NCBI GenBank assembly: GCA_963713735.1
Contig: CAVQND010000015.1
Coordinates: forward strand, 8,095-72,094
Direction: 5' to 3'
From: an uncultured bacterium
GTDB lineage: Bacteria > Verrucomicrobiota > Verrucomicrobiia > Limisphaerales > UBA8199
DNA length: 64,000 nt
Part shown: piece by piece, positions 39,969 through 48,372 of the stretch
Position numbering within the stretch: position 1 is the stretch's first letter
Layout: each line of letters starts with the position of its first letter
Translations under genes and position numbers: made by a program
The notes under the pieces: model-generated
The model's database searches: none
Seen by the model: only the letters and a program-made list of their open reading frames with translations
Told to the model about the DNA's origin: nothing

Positions 39969-40012
39969 ACTAGTCCTGCCTGGTCAATGGATGGTTGGGC
40001 CGAGTAGTGATA

Positions 40013-40156
40013 GCAGACCCCGGCCGGGGGAGACCCCGGATGGTGCAAGCTCTGCCGTAAACGGGCGGGCCTGTCGGTGGCGCAAGTCATCGCCGGGGAC
40101 GGGCCAGCCGCTCTAGCCAACATGCAGGCCGCAACATTACGAGAAGACTGCCGCTC
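40013..40156 (+). ncRNA. Conserved ~145-nt structured module, copy A (paralog of 55521-55665); class unknown
   Basis: Shares with copy B an identical 28-nt block (ctctgccgtaaacgggcgggcctgtcgg), plus caggccgcaac and gactgccgctc. Closing helix GCAGA/UCUGC. Hairpin CCGGGG-GAGA-CCCCGG. The strand is tentative. Confidence 0.5.
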
Positions 40157-40246
40157 CGTTAATTAAAGGAGTCATTAAAGGAGTCAACCCATAGTATGGC
40201 TCATTGTTGTGTTGACTCTTGAGGGGGCGAGTGCGAAAAGAGGACC

Positions 40247-40459
40247 ATGCCGCGCAAGCCGCGGGTTGAATATCCCGGTGTCGTGCAGATGGCGCCGGAA
40301 TACTGGAGACTCAGAACCGGACACTCTCCCTTTTCGTTTCCCGAGCTGTGTTCCCACTGGCGTCGGCAGGGGCTGCCGAAGCGCGGGACCCCGGTTTTCG
40401 TGCGGTCGCAAGATCTACCTGAGCTGCCTGGTGCAGGGCCAGGCGCTCCCACACCTTGA
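40247..40459 (+). pseudogene. Possible remnant of an IS200-like/REP-associated tyrosine transposase (RAYT-type) gene
   Basis: Only the N-terminal MPRKPRVEYPGVV resembles the MPRKPR.EYPGA.YHV start common in this family. The rest is unrelated, implying deletion. Confidence 0.3.
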
Positions 40460-40625
40460 ACCATTCGGTTTCCCACCATCGAATGCAGCTACTCATTGGC
40501 GAGACTTTACCGCCTCGAGAGGGTTCACTTCAATCGGGCCAACACCGGAAAATTCCACCGGGGATTCACTGGGAAACATAATTAATTTGGAAATGGCCCG
40601 GCGTTAAAACCTGGGTTATTCTCAG

Positions 40626-42209
40626 ATGGCAACTATGAATAAGCCAATTCGGGGCGGGCCGCTGTCGCCCGAGGAATTTCAGAAGCAACTGTCGGACTTT
40701 GTCCGGCAGCATTTTCAGAATTTGCGCGCCACGCCGGCGGCGGAACCTGCCGGCGGGGGCGCGGGCGCGCCGGAGGCCAAAGAGACCCAGGCCGGGCCGG
40801 AGGCGTTCGAGTTCAAGCACAAGCCGCGTGAGATCAAGGAGTATCTTGACCGCTTCGTGATCAAGCAGGACGAGGCCAAGAAGGTGCTGAGCGTGGCCTT
40901 GTGCGACCACTATCATCACGTGCGCCTGGCCCTGGAGGGAAAGGAATCTCCCAATTACGCCAAGCAGAATATCATCCTCATCGGGCCGACCGGGGTGGGC
41001 AAGACTTTCCTCATTCGCAACGCCGCCGACCTGGTTGGGGTGCCTTTTGTAAAGGCGGATGCGACGAAGTTTTCTGAAACCGGCTATGTCGGGGGCGACG
41101 TGGAAGATATGGTGCGGGATTTGGTGCGGCTGGCCGACGGCGACATCACGCGCGCCCAGTATGGCATCATTTACATCGACGAAATCGATAAAATCGCCTC
41201 AGCCGCCAACCTGGCAGGGCGGGATGTCAGCGGACGGGGCGTGCAAACCAATCTCCTCAAGCTCATGGAAGAGACCGAAGTTCCCGCCCGTTCGCCCAAC
41301 GACATCGCCGGTCAGATCCAGGCCATGATGGATTTCACCCAGCGCGGCCGCAAGGCGCCCAGCACCATCAACACCAAGCATATCCTGTTTATCGTCAGCG
41401 GGGCGTTCGATGGGCTGGAAAAGATCACCCGCAAACGCCTGCGCGAGGCAACCATTGGCTTCGCAGCCAAGGAGCGCCCGCCCGACACCGCCGCCGAGGT
41501 GCTCGACCACGCCCAAACCCCGGATTTCATCGAGTTCGGCTTCGAGCCGGAGTTCATCGGCCGTCTCCCGGTGCGGGTCGTTTGCCATTCGCTCCAGGTC
41601 GATGACCTCTTTGACATCCTCAAGAATTCCGAAGGCAGCCTCATCCGCCAATACGAGCAGGACTTCGCGGCCTACGGCATCGAGGTGTTGTTTTCGGACC
41701 CTGGTTTGCGAGCGATCGCGCAACGCGCCGCCCAGGAACAGACCGGGGCCCGCGGGCTGATGACCGTCAGCGAACGGGTGTTCCGGGACATCAAGTTCGA
41801 GTTGCCCTCCACCGGCGTCAGGCGGTTCGTCGTCACGGGCCAACTGGTGAATGATCCCGCCGGTGAGCTCAAAAAGATCCTCGCCGACCCCAGGCAGGAA
41901 GAGCGAATTGTCGCCCGCCAGCTCGTGGAGGAGTTCGCCCGGCGTTTCCAGGAAACTCACGGCATGACGCTCCGCTTCACCGAGGCCGCCGCCGGGATGC
42001 TGGTGGATGAGGCGCTCGACAAATCACAATCGGTGCGGGACCTCTGCGCCACCCGCTTCAAAGACTTTCACTTCGGCCTTAAGCTCATTGCCCAGAACTC
42101 CAGCCAGCGCGAGTTCGTCATCGACACGGACGCCATCAACGCCCCCGACAAGGTGCTCAGTGAATGGGTCGTCGCCAGCTACCGGTCCGCGGAGGCAAAG
42201 ACCGGCTGA
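40626..42209 (+). CDS. ClpX-family AAA+ unfoldase paralog lacking the N-terminal zinc-ribbon
   Basis: Walker A GPTGVGKT, Walker B IIYIDEIDK, an IGF tripeptide (ATIGFAAK), EFIGRLP sensor region and GARGL. No CxxC pairs at the N-terminus. ~90-aa C-terminal extension. Confidence 0.8.
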   Translation: MATMNKPIRGGPLSPEEFQKQLSDFVRQHFQNLRATPAAEPAGGGAGAPEAKETQAGPEAFEFKHKPREIKEYLDRFVIKQDEAKKVLSVALCDHYHHVRLALEGKESPNYAKQNIILIGPTGVGKTFLIRNAADLVGVPFVKADATKFSETGYVGGDVEDMVRDLVRLADGDITRAQYGIIYIDEIDKIASAANLAGRDVSGRGVQTNLLKLMEETEVPARSPNDIAGQIQAMMDFTQRGRKAPSTINTKHILFIVSGAFDGLEKITRKRLREATIGFAAKERPPDTAAEVLDHAQTPDFIEFGFEPEFIGRLPVRVVCHSLQVDDLFDILKNSEGSLIRQYEQDFAAYGIEVLFSDPGLRAIAQRAAQEQTGARGLMTVSERVFRDIKFELPSTGVRRFVVTGQLVNDPAGELKKILADPRQEERIVARQLVEEFARRFQETHGMTLRFTEAAAGMLVDEALDKSQSVRDLCATRFKDFHFGLKLIAQNSSQREFVIDTDAINAPDKVLSEWVVASYRSAEAKTG

Positions 42210-42295
42210 GGGGGCGAGTGTCGAGGGGCGGCGCTTCGCGCGCCTCTCGGAATTTTCCAAATGGGCATGTGTCCTGGAGTATTGGGGATTATTGA

Positions 42296-42392
42296 GAGTT
42301 GAGAATTGAGAATTGGTCAATGGCAATTAATACCCGGGAGCGATGCTGCCCGGGTTCGTATGCCAATGACCAATTCTCGACAATCAATTCTC
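42296..42392. terminator. AT-rich imperfect inverted repeat with central GC hairpin between convergent genes (candidate bidirectional terminator)
   Basis: Arms gagaattgagaattggtcaatggca / tgccaatgaccaattctcgacaatcaattctc flank cccggg-agcgatgctg-cccggg (42333-42354). Confidence 0.35.
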
Positions 42393-42480
42393 AATCAGAT
42401 CCTTCCGGGAAAGACTCTCTTGGAAGAATCTGAGATGCGGTGGCACTGCGTTCCCTCGGCCCTCGACCCTTGCCCCTTGG

Positions 42481-42954
42481 TTATGAAACGGCTTCTACGG
42501 AGGCGGCGCGCGCGCGGGCTTGGTTGAAGCTGTGCAGGAAGAGCGTGTTTTCGGTCACCGCCTTTTCGATCAACTGCTGCAACAGGAAGAGCTCCGAGCT
42601 GTTGATCACCGCATGCACGCTTTGCTGGAAGGCTTGCATGGGCGTAAAGGTCAGGAACGAGTCGCCCAGAAGAATGATCGTCGCATGACGGCGCTGGCCC
42701 ATGGGCATGTTCTGCAGGGCCTGCAAGGTCAGGTTCTCGCTGATGTCGTTGGCGGCAAACCGCTCCTCCACAATCACCACTTGGTAGCGCACCTGGCAGA
42801 ACCGGACCAGGAAATCGCTGTGAGTGGCGGCGGTATGGACCTTATAACCCAGCTCATTGAGCGCCTTTCTGGCGGCCTCGAGCCATGGCGGCGTCGAGAA
42901 AGCCACCAGGGCGGGCTTGTCGGTTGGGCTGATAAACTCGAATTTCTCAGGCAT
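42481..42954 (-). CDS. Hypothetical protein (157 aa), last gene of the pilT operon
   Basis: Intact ORF of balanced composition, 14 nt downstream of the PilT-like gene. No family recognised. Confidence 0.5.
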   Translation of the reverse strand: MPEKFEFISPTDKPALVAFSTPPWLEAARKALNELGYKVHTAATHSDFLVRFCQVRYQVVIVEERFAANDISENLTLQALQNMPMGQRRHATIILLGDSFLTFTPMQAFQQSVHAVINSSELFLLQQLIEKAVTENTLFLHSFNQARARAASVEAVS

Positions 42955-42968
42955 GGCAGTCTAGCGAG

Positions 42969-44171
42969 TCATTTGAACTTGAGGATCGCTATGGGCGGCT
43001 CGTCCGGCACGGCTGAGTTGTGGCCGCTTTTCATCCGCAAGCTTTGCAGCGTGGTGGTGCATTCGCCGCGAACCTTCTTGACGTTGTCAATGCCGCGCGC
43101 CACCGAGCCGCGTTTGCTGCAGTAGAGCAGGGCGGTCTCCTCGGTGATTTTCCCCTGCTCATAGGCCTCCAGGCTCGAAAAATCAAAGGTGCGCCAGCCG
43201 AAAGTCTGGCTGGCTTCGATGATTTCGTAGAAGCTTTTGCCTTCGGATTCACCCAGCCGGATGCTCTCCTGGACGCGGAGGCTGGAACCCATGACCTCGA
43301 GCAGCGCATGGCGGCCGCCGCCGATTCTGGGCACGAGCCGCTGGCTGACGACCCAGCGCAAGGCATCGGCCAGGCGCGCCCGAAGCTGTTCCTGCTCTTC
43401 AATCTCGAACATGCCCAGCACGCGATTGATCGTCTGGCCGGCATCGATCGTGTGGAGCGTGCTCAGGACGAGGTGGCCGGTCTCGGCCGCGCTCAGGGCA
43501 ATCTTCACGGTCTCGCGGTCGCGCATCTCGCCCACCAGGATCACCTTGGGCGCCTGCCGCAAGGCCGCCCGCAGCCCGTTTGCGAAGGTGTCAAAATCCG
43601 TTCCCAGCTCGCGCTGATTGAAAGTGGCCTGGCGTTGGGTATGAACGAATTCAACCGGGTCTTCCAGCGTTACTATGTGAACGGATTTGGTCCGATTGAT
43701 CTCATCGAGGATCGCCGCCAGGGTGGTCGACTTGCCCGAACCGGTCGCGCCGGTGATCAGGACAAGCCCGGTTTTTTCTCGCGGAATCTCCTTGACGATG
43801 CCGGGAAACTTCAACTTGTCCAGGGTGGGAATCGTGGTGTTGAGCTGGCGCAAAACCACCGAGTAGTTCTCGCGTTGGGAGAAGATGTTGATGCGGAAGC
43901 GGGCCTTGTCGGCAAGGGTGTAGGCCGTATCGCAGGAGCCGCGCCGAAGCAGGTCGGCGATATGCCACGGGTTGTCCCCGATCAGGTTCAGGGCGATGGT
44001 CTCGGTCTGGAAAGGAGTGAGCTTCTTGATCGGCGGCTCGCAGGCCACCGGTTTGAGTTCCCCAAACGATTCGACCTGCAACGGCCGGTCAACCGTGAAA
44101 AGCAAGTCCGAGACCTCAGGCTGCGCCTCGAGCATTGTGGCCAAGAGAAAGTCCAGTTCGGGGCGGCGCAT
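42969..44171 (-). CDS. PilT/PilU-family type IV pilus retraction ATPase (paralog 2)
   Basis: Walker A GATGSGKST, Asp box, Walker B VILVGEMRD, His box TGHLVLSTLHT. Confidence 0.85.
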   Translation of the reverse strand: MRRPELDFLLATMLEAQPEVSDLLFTVDRPLQVESFGELKPVACEPPIKKLTPFQTETIALNLIGDNPWHIADLLRRGSCDTAYTLADKARFRINIFSQRENYSVVLRQLNTTIPTLDKLKFPGIVKEIPREKTGLVLITGATGSGKSTTLAAILDEINRTKSVHIVTLEDPVEFVHTQRQATFNQRELGTDFDTFANGLRAALRQAPKVILVGEMRDRETVKIALSAAETGHLVLSTLHTIDAGQTINRVLGMFEIEEQEQLRARLADALRWVVSQRLVPRIGGGRHALLEVMGSSLRVQESIRLGESEGKSFYEIIEASQTFGWRTFDFSSLEAYEQGKITEETALLYCSKRGSVARGIDNVKKVRGECTTTLQSLRMKSGHNSAVPDEPPIAILKFK

Positions 44172-44215
44172 GGGTTATGATCGATAAGAGACAAGGCAAG
44201 GCAAGTTCTGGATTT

Positions 44216-45310
44216 TCAGCCCTCGTCATCCTCCGGAGGATGGGGCAGGAAAGGACGGAATTTCTTCTTGTCCAGGGCCTTGTCGTAGGCATCCTCGGGC
44301 GAAATGCGTTTCATCCGCAGGTGTTCCATGATGGCGTCATCGAGCGGCTGGTTTCCGTGCTTCTTGCCGACCTGGATCATGCCCGGGATTTGATGCGTCT
44401 TGCACTCCCGGACAAGGTTGGCGATGGCGGTCGTGAAGACGAGGATCTCCAGGGCCGCCACGCGGCCCTTGTTGTCAATCCGCTTGAAGAGATTCTGCGC
44501 CACCACCCCTTTCATGGCTTCGGAGAGAGTGGCGCGCACCTTGTTCTGCTGGTCTGCAGGGAAGACATTGATGATGCGGTCCACGGTCTTGGCGGCGCTG
44601 GGGGTGTGGAGCGTGCCCAGCACCAGATGGCCCGTGCTGGCCGCCACCAGCGCCAGTTCGATGGTCTCCAGGTCGCGCAGCTCGCCCACCAGGATGATGT
44701 CCGGATCCTCCCGCAAGGCCCCGCGCAACGCCGCCGCGAACGACTTGGTATTGAGCCCAACCTCCCGGTGGTTCACCAGGCAGTTCTTGCTCTCGTGCAC
44801 GAACTCGATCGGGTCTTCGATTGTGATGATGTGGTCCCGGCGGTTCTTGTTCGCATAATCCACCATGGCCGCCAGGGTCGTGGATTTGCCCGACCCTGCC
44901 GGGCCCGTCACCACCACCAGCCCGCGGTTGAGCATGGCCAGTTTCTTCAACACTGCCGGCAACGGAACACTCATCTTCTCGAAGTCCTCGAACGACAGCA
45001 CTTTGGTCGGAATTTGCCGGAATGCCGCCGCCACCCCATGCTTCTGATCGAAGAAATTGACCCTGAACCTGGATATTTGCGGGATCTCATACCCGAAATC
45101 CACGTCGCCGGTCTCCTCGAAGATCTTGGTCTTGAATTCGGGGGCGATCTCATAAAGCATCTTCTTGAGTTCGTCGCTCTCGAGCACGGGATAGTCCACC
45201 CGATGCAGTTCGCCGTTGATCCGGAGCATCGGTTGGTTGCCCGAGGAAAGGTGGAGATCCGAGGCCTTTTGCTCGAACATCAGGTTGAAGAATGCATCGA
45301 TCTTCGCCAT
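44216..45310 (-). CDS. pilT: Twitching-motility ATPase PilT
   Basis: MAKIDAFFNLMFEQKASDLHLSSG..., GPAGSGKST, IILVGELRD, TGHLVLGTLHT. Start chosen at the internal ATG 45310. Confidence 0.85.
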   Translation of the reverse strand: MAKIDAFFNLMFEQKASDLHLSSGNQPMLRINGELHRVDYPVLESDELKKMLYEIAPEFKTKIFEETGDVDFGYEIPQISRFRVNFFDQKHGVAAAFRQIPTKVLSFEDFEKMSVPLPAVLKKLAMLNRGLVVVTGPAGSGKSTTLAAMVDYANKNRRDHIITIEDPIEFVHESKNCLVNHREVGLNTKSFAAALRGALREDPDIILVGELRDLETIELALVAASTGHLVLGTLHTPSAAKTVDRIINVFPADQQNKVRATLSEAMKGVVAQNLFKRIDNKGRVAALEILVFTTAIANLVRECKTHQIPGMIQVGKKHGNQPLDDAIMEHLRMKRISPEDAYDKALDKKKFRPFLPHPPEDDEG

Positions 45311-45435
45311 AAATTCCGCTACGGTCGGAACCAACCGTGGCTGGAAAGACAGCATTCTTCGGGCCGTGAACGAAGTCGCAAAAAAGATCACAGCAGAAAT
45401 CAGGGCGTACGGGCTCGATCTCGTTCGCCCGTTTC

Positions 45436-46521
45436 ATGGAGTTGGCGCTTTATTGTCCTGTTTATGGATATTATGAGAGGGATCAAGACACTGCGGGCCG
45501 GGCCGGGGACTACTACACCAGCGTCAGCGTCGGCAGTTTATTCGGCGAGTTGCTGGCCCTCCAGTTTGCGGAATGGCTTGAGGAGGTTTTGAAGCTCGAG
45601 GCCCAGGGGCCAGGGTCCAGGGCTCGGGGCGGGGTGGTGGGCATGGTGGAGGGGGGGGCGCATGACGGGCGATTGGCCGGGGATATCCTGGCTTTTCTTC
45701 GGGCACGGCGGCCGGAGTTGTTTGCGCGGATGGAGTACTGGATTGTGGACCCGTCGGAACGGCGGCGGGCCTGGCAGGAGCGCCGCCTGGGTGAGTTTGC
45801 CCCGAAGGTGCGGTGGGTCAGGCAGTTGCGGGAATTGCCCGGCGCCCGCTCGCGAGGGGGTGTTCGAGGGGTTCTCTTCTCGAACGAGTTGTTGGATGCC
45901 ATGCCGGTGCATCGGTTTGGATGGGATGCGCGGGAGCGGCGTTGGTTCGAGTGGGGGGTGAGCGTCGAGGCAGAGCGGTATGTATGGACGAAGATGTTGA
46001 ACAGCCGGATGGCCCCGGCAGTGTCCGGCCACTGGGAGAATCTGCTGGGGGCCTTGCCGGACGGATTCACCCTGGACATGGGGCCGGCAGCGGCGGCCTG
46101 GTGGCGAGAAGCGGCCAAGGTGCTGGCTGAGGGAAGATTGGTGACGATTGACTATGGTTTGACAGAGGAGGAGTTCTTCGCGCCCGAACGGAGGGATGGC
46201 ACGTTGCGGGCGTATTCGCGCCATCGGCAGGGGGCCGAGGTGCTCGCCCGGCCCGGCGGGCAGGACCTCACGGCCCATGTGAATTTCTCCGCCATTCGGG
46301 CGGCTGGGGAAGAGGCGGGCCTGGAGACGGAGACCTTTACGACGCAGGAAGAGTTCCTGACGCGGATTGCGGCCCGGGTTTGGGAAGGGGGGGTAAGCTT
46401 CGGGGAGTGGAACTCGGGGCGCACGCGCGAGTTTCGGACGCTCACGCACCCGGAGTTTTTAGGCCGGCCATTTCGGGTGCTGGTTCAGCGTCGTGGAGGC
46501 AGGCCTGGAGTTCGTAGTTAA
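45436..46521 (+). CDS. MidA/NDUFAF7-family (DUF185) SAM-dependent methyltransferase, N-terminus possibly truncated
   Basis: FMELALYCPVYGYYE motif at the very start. Homologous residues (...GSISFARF) continue upstream in frame, with no start codon before a stop at 45367. Confidence 0.65.
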   Translation: MELALYCPVYGYYERDQDTAGRAGDYYTSVSVGSLFGELLALQFAEWLEEVLKLEAQGPGSRARGGVVGMVEGGAHDGRLAGDILAFLRARRPELFARMEYWIVDPSERRRAWQERRLGEFAPKVRWVRQLRELPGARSRGGVRGVLFSNELLDAMPVHRFGWDARERRWFEWGVSVEAERYVWTKMLNSRMAPAVSGHWENLLGALPDGFTLDMGPAAAAWWREAAKVLAEGRLVTIDYGLTEEEFFAPERRDGTLRAYSRHRQGAEVLARPGGQDLTAHVNFSAIRAAGEEAGLETETFTTQEEFLTRIAARVWEGGVSFGEWNSGRTREFRTLTHPEFLGRPFRVLVQRRGGRPGVRS

Positions 46522-47248
46522 GGACAGAGAGGCAATAGGTGGCGGCGGTGTCGCTACGCAGGACCCGTGGGCCGAGGGTGATGGGCAAGCTGCCGGCGGC
46601 TATGATGGCGTTTGTTTCGGCGGGCGTGAAATCGCCTTCCGGCCCCACCCAGACGCAGGCGGTCCGGGGGGGGCGCCTGTGTTGGGTGCGGAAGGCCTCG
46701 AAATAGTGCCGTGGGTGGCGGCTGCCCGGTTCGAGGGAGGCCAGGAAAGGGAGTTCGATTGGTTCGTGGCGGGCGAGCCACTCCTGGAGGGTCAAAGGGG
46801 CCTGGACCTTGGGCAGCCAGGCCAGGCCGCACTGTTTGATGGCCTCGATGGCGACCCGTTGCCATTTCGCGGTTTTATGGACGGCTTCGCGGGCGCTGAA
46901 GCGCGCGACGGCGCGTTCGGCGAGCAGGGGCACGATGCGAGCCGCGCCCAATTCAGTTGCCTGCCGGATGATGGATTCGATGGTTTGTCCCTTGGGGAGG
47001 GCCTGGAGCAAGGTAATCTGACAGGGTGGGGGAGGGAGGGCCTGCCTGTCGAGGATGGCCAGGCTGACTTTGCCGCGTTCCGATTGCCGGGTTTGGCAGA
47101 GGAACTGGTCGCCTGCCCCATTGAGCACGATGACCCGCTGGCCGCGGCGCAGGCGGAGGACCTGCACGGCATGGCGGGCTTCGCTCTCAGTGAGCCAGAG
47201 AGTTTCATCCTGGCACTGTTCCGGCGGCAGGTAGAAGCGGTGGATCAC
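46442..47248 (-). CDS. rsmE: 16S rRNA (uracil1498-N3)-methyltransferase RsmE
   Basis: (V)IHRFYLPPE start and ...[11 protein letters not shown]...[11 protein letters not shown]... C-terminal SPOUT motifs. The GTG start overlaps the dnaJ stop (GTGA). Confidence 0.8.
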   Translation of the reverse strand: MIHRFYLPPEQCQDETLWLTESEARHAVQVLRLRRGQRVIVLNGAGDQFLCQTRQSERGKVSLAILDRQALPPPPCQITLLQALPKGQTIESIIRQATELGAARIVPLLAERAVARFSAREAVHKTAKWQRVAIEAIKQCGLAWLPKVQAPLTLQEWLARHEPIELPFLASLEPGSRHPRHYFEAFRTQHRRPPRTACVWVGPEGDFTPAETNAIIAAGSLPITLGPRVLRSDTAATYCLSVLNYELQACLHDAEPAPEMAGLKTPGA

Positions 47249-48371
47249 TGGAAGAGCTTTCTGGCCTTTTCGAAGAAGCGTTGGGTGGCGGGGCTTTCTT
47301 TGCCGCTGCACAATTCGGCAAATTCGATGAGCTTCGCTCTTTGGGCCGCGGCCAGGTGGGTTGGCACCTCGATGTTGACGCGGACATGGAGGTCGCCGCG
47401 GCCGTAGCCCTGGACGTTGTTGACGCCTTGGCCTTTGAGGCGAAAGACGGTGCCGGGCTGGGTGCCCGGGGGGATTCTGAGGGGAGTTGTTCCGTCGAGG
47501 GCGGGCACCTGGAGTTCGGCGCCCAGGGCGGCTTGGACGAAGGTAATGGGCACTTCGCACAGCAAATCGTCGCCATCCCGCTGGAACAACTCGTGGGGGC
47601 AAACATGGAGGACGACATAGAGGTCTCCGGGGGGGCCGCCTCGATAGCCGGCTTCGCCGTTGCCGGAGGAGCGCAGGCGGGAGCCGGTGTCCACGCCCGG
47701 GGGAATGCGCAAGGTGATCTTGCTGGCGGCTTCGCGGCGGCCGATGCCGCGACAGGCCTTGCATGGGCGCTCGATGACGCGGCCGGCGCCCTGGCAGTGG
47801 GGGCAGGTCTGGGCAATGCTGAAGAAGCCGCGTGAGGAAACCACCTGGCCGCGTCCCCCGCAGGTCGGGCAGGTCCGGACCTTTGAGCCGGCCTCGGCGC
47901 CGGTGCCCTGGCATTCGGTGCAGCGCTCCGGTTTGGAGAGGGAGATCTCTTTTTGGGTCCCGCGGACGGCCTCCTCGAAGGAGATCTCCATGTCGTAGCG
48001 GAGGTCGTCGCCCCGGTGGGGCTGGGCGGGGTCGGAGGACCCCCGCCGAAGAGGTCTTCGAAGATGTTGCCGCCGCCGAAGACCTCGCGGAAGATCTCGA
48101 ACGGGTCATGGAAGCTGCCGGCGCGGGCATAAGCGCCGGCGCGGCGGTCGAAGGCGGCGTGGCCGTATTGATCGTAAGCGGCCCGCTGCTGCGGGTCGTT
48201 GAGCACTTCGTATGCCTCCCCCAGTTCCTTGAACTTTTCTTCGGCAGATTTGTCTCCGGGATTCTTGTCCGGGTGATACTGGATGGCCAGTTTGCGGTAG
48301 GCCTTCTTGATTTCGTCCGGCCCCGTGTCTTTGGCGACTCCCAGGACCTCGTAATAGTCGCGTTTGGCCAT
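47245..48371 (-). pseudogene. dnaJ: Chaperone DnaJ, frameshifted as assembled (1-nt indel in a C5/G5 run at 48040-48044)
   Basis: J-domain [12 protein letters not shown]...HPDKNPGD and the G/F region lie in one frame. ...[13 protein letters not shown], four CxxCxGxG zinc motifs and the C-terminal domains lie in ORF 47245-47991. Confidence 0.85.
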
Positions 48372-48372
48372 G

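Larger units (their letters stand above)
38009..39974 (-). mobile_element. IS110-family insertion sequence inserted into a GGACTAGTCC palindrome
   Basis: The DEDD/Ser recombinase ORF is flanked by actagt at 38009-38014 and 39969-39974. Removing 38015-39974 (the IS plus one actagt copy) rejoins ...gcggactagtcctgcc... with a perfect 10-bp palindrome. Boundaries are ambiguous within the 6-nt overlap. Confidence 0.7.

Noticed and set aside
40013-40156. Housekeeping RNAs (RNase P, tmRNA, SRP/4.5S, 6S) as the identity of the conserved module
   Set aside because: Signature boxes (GGAAAGUCCGG for RNase P, GGAAGCAGCC for SRP, tRNA-like end and tag ORF for tmRNA) are absent. The module also occurs twice with divergent sequence, which is unexpected for single-copy housekeeping RNAs.
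43020-45592. 386-aa and 485-aa plus-strand ORFs (43020-44180, 44135-45592)
   Set aside because: Antisense to the two PilT-type ATPase genes, which have complete Walker, Asp and His boxes. The plus-strand translations have no motifs.
47249-48130. N-terminal ~295 aa of the 562-aa ORF 46442-48130
   Set aside because: This part is an out-of-frame read-through of dnaJ (Pro/Arg-rich nonsense). Only the last 268 codons, from the GTG at 47248, correspond to rsmE.
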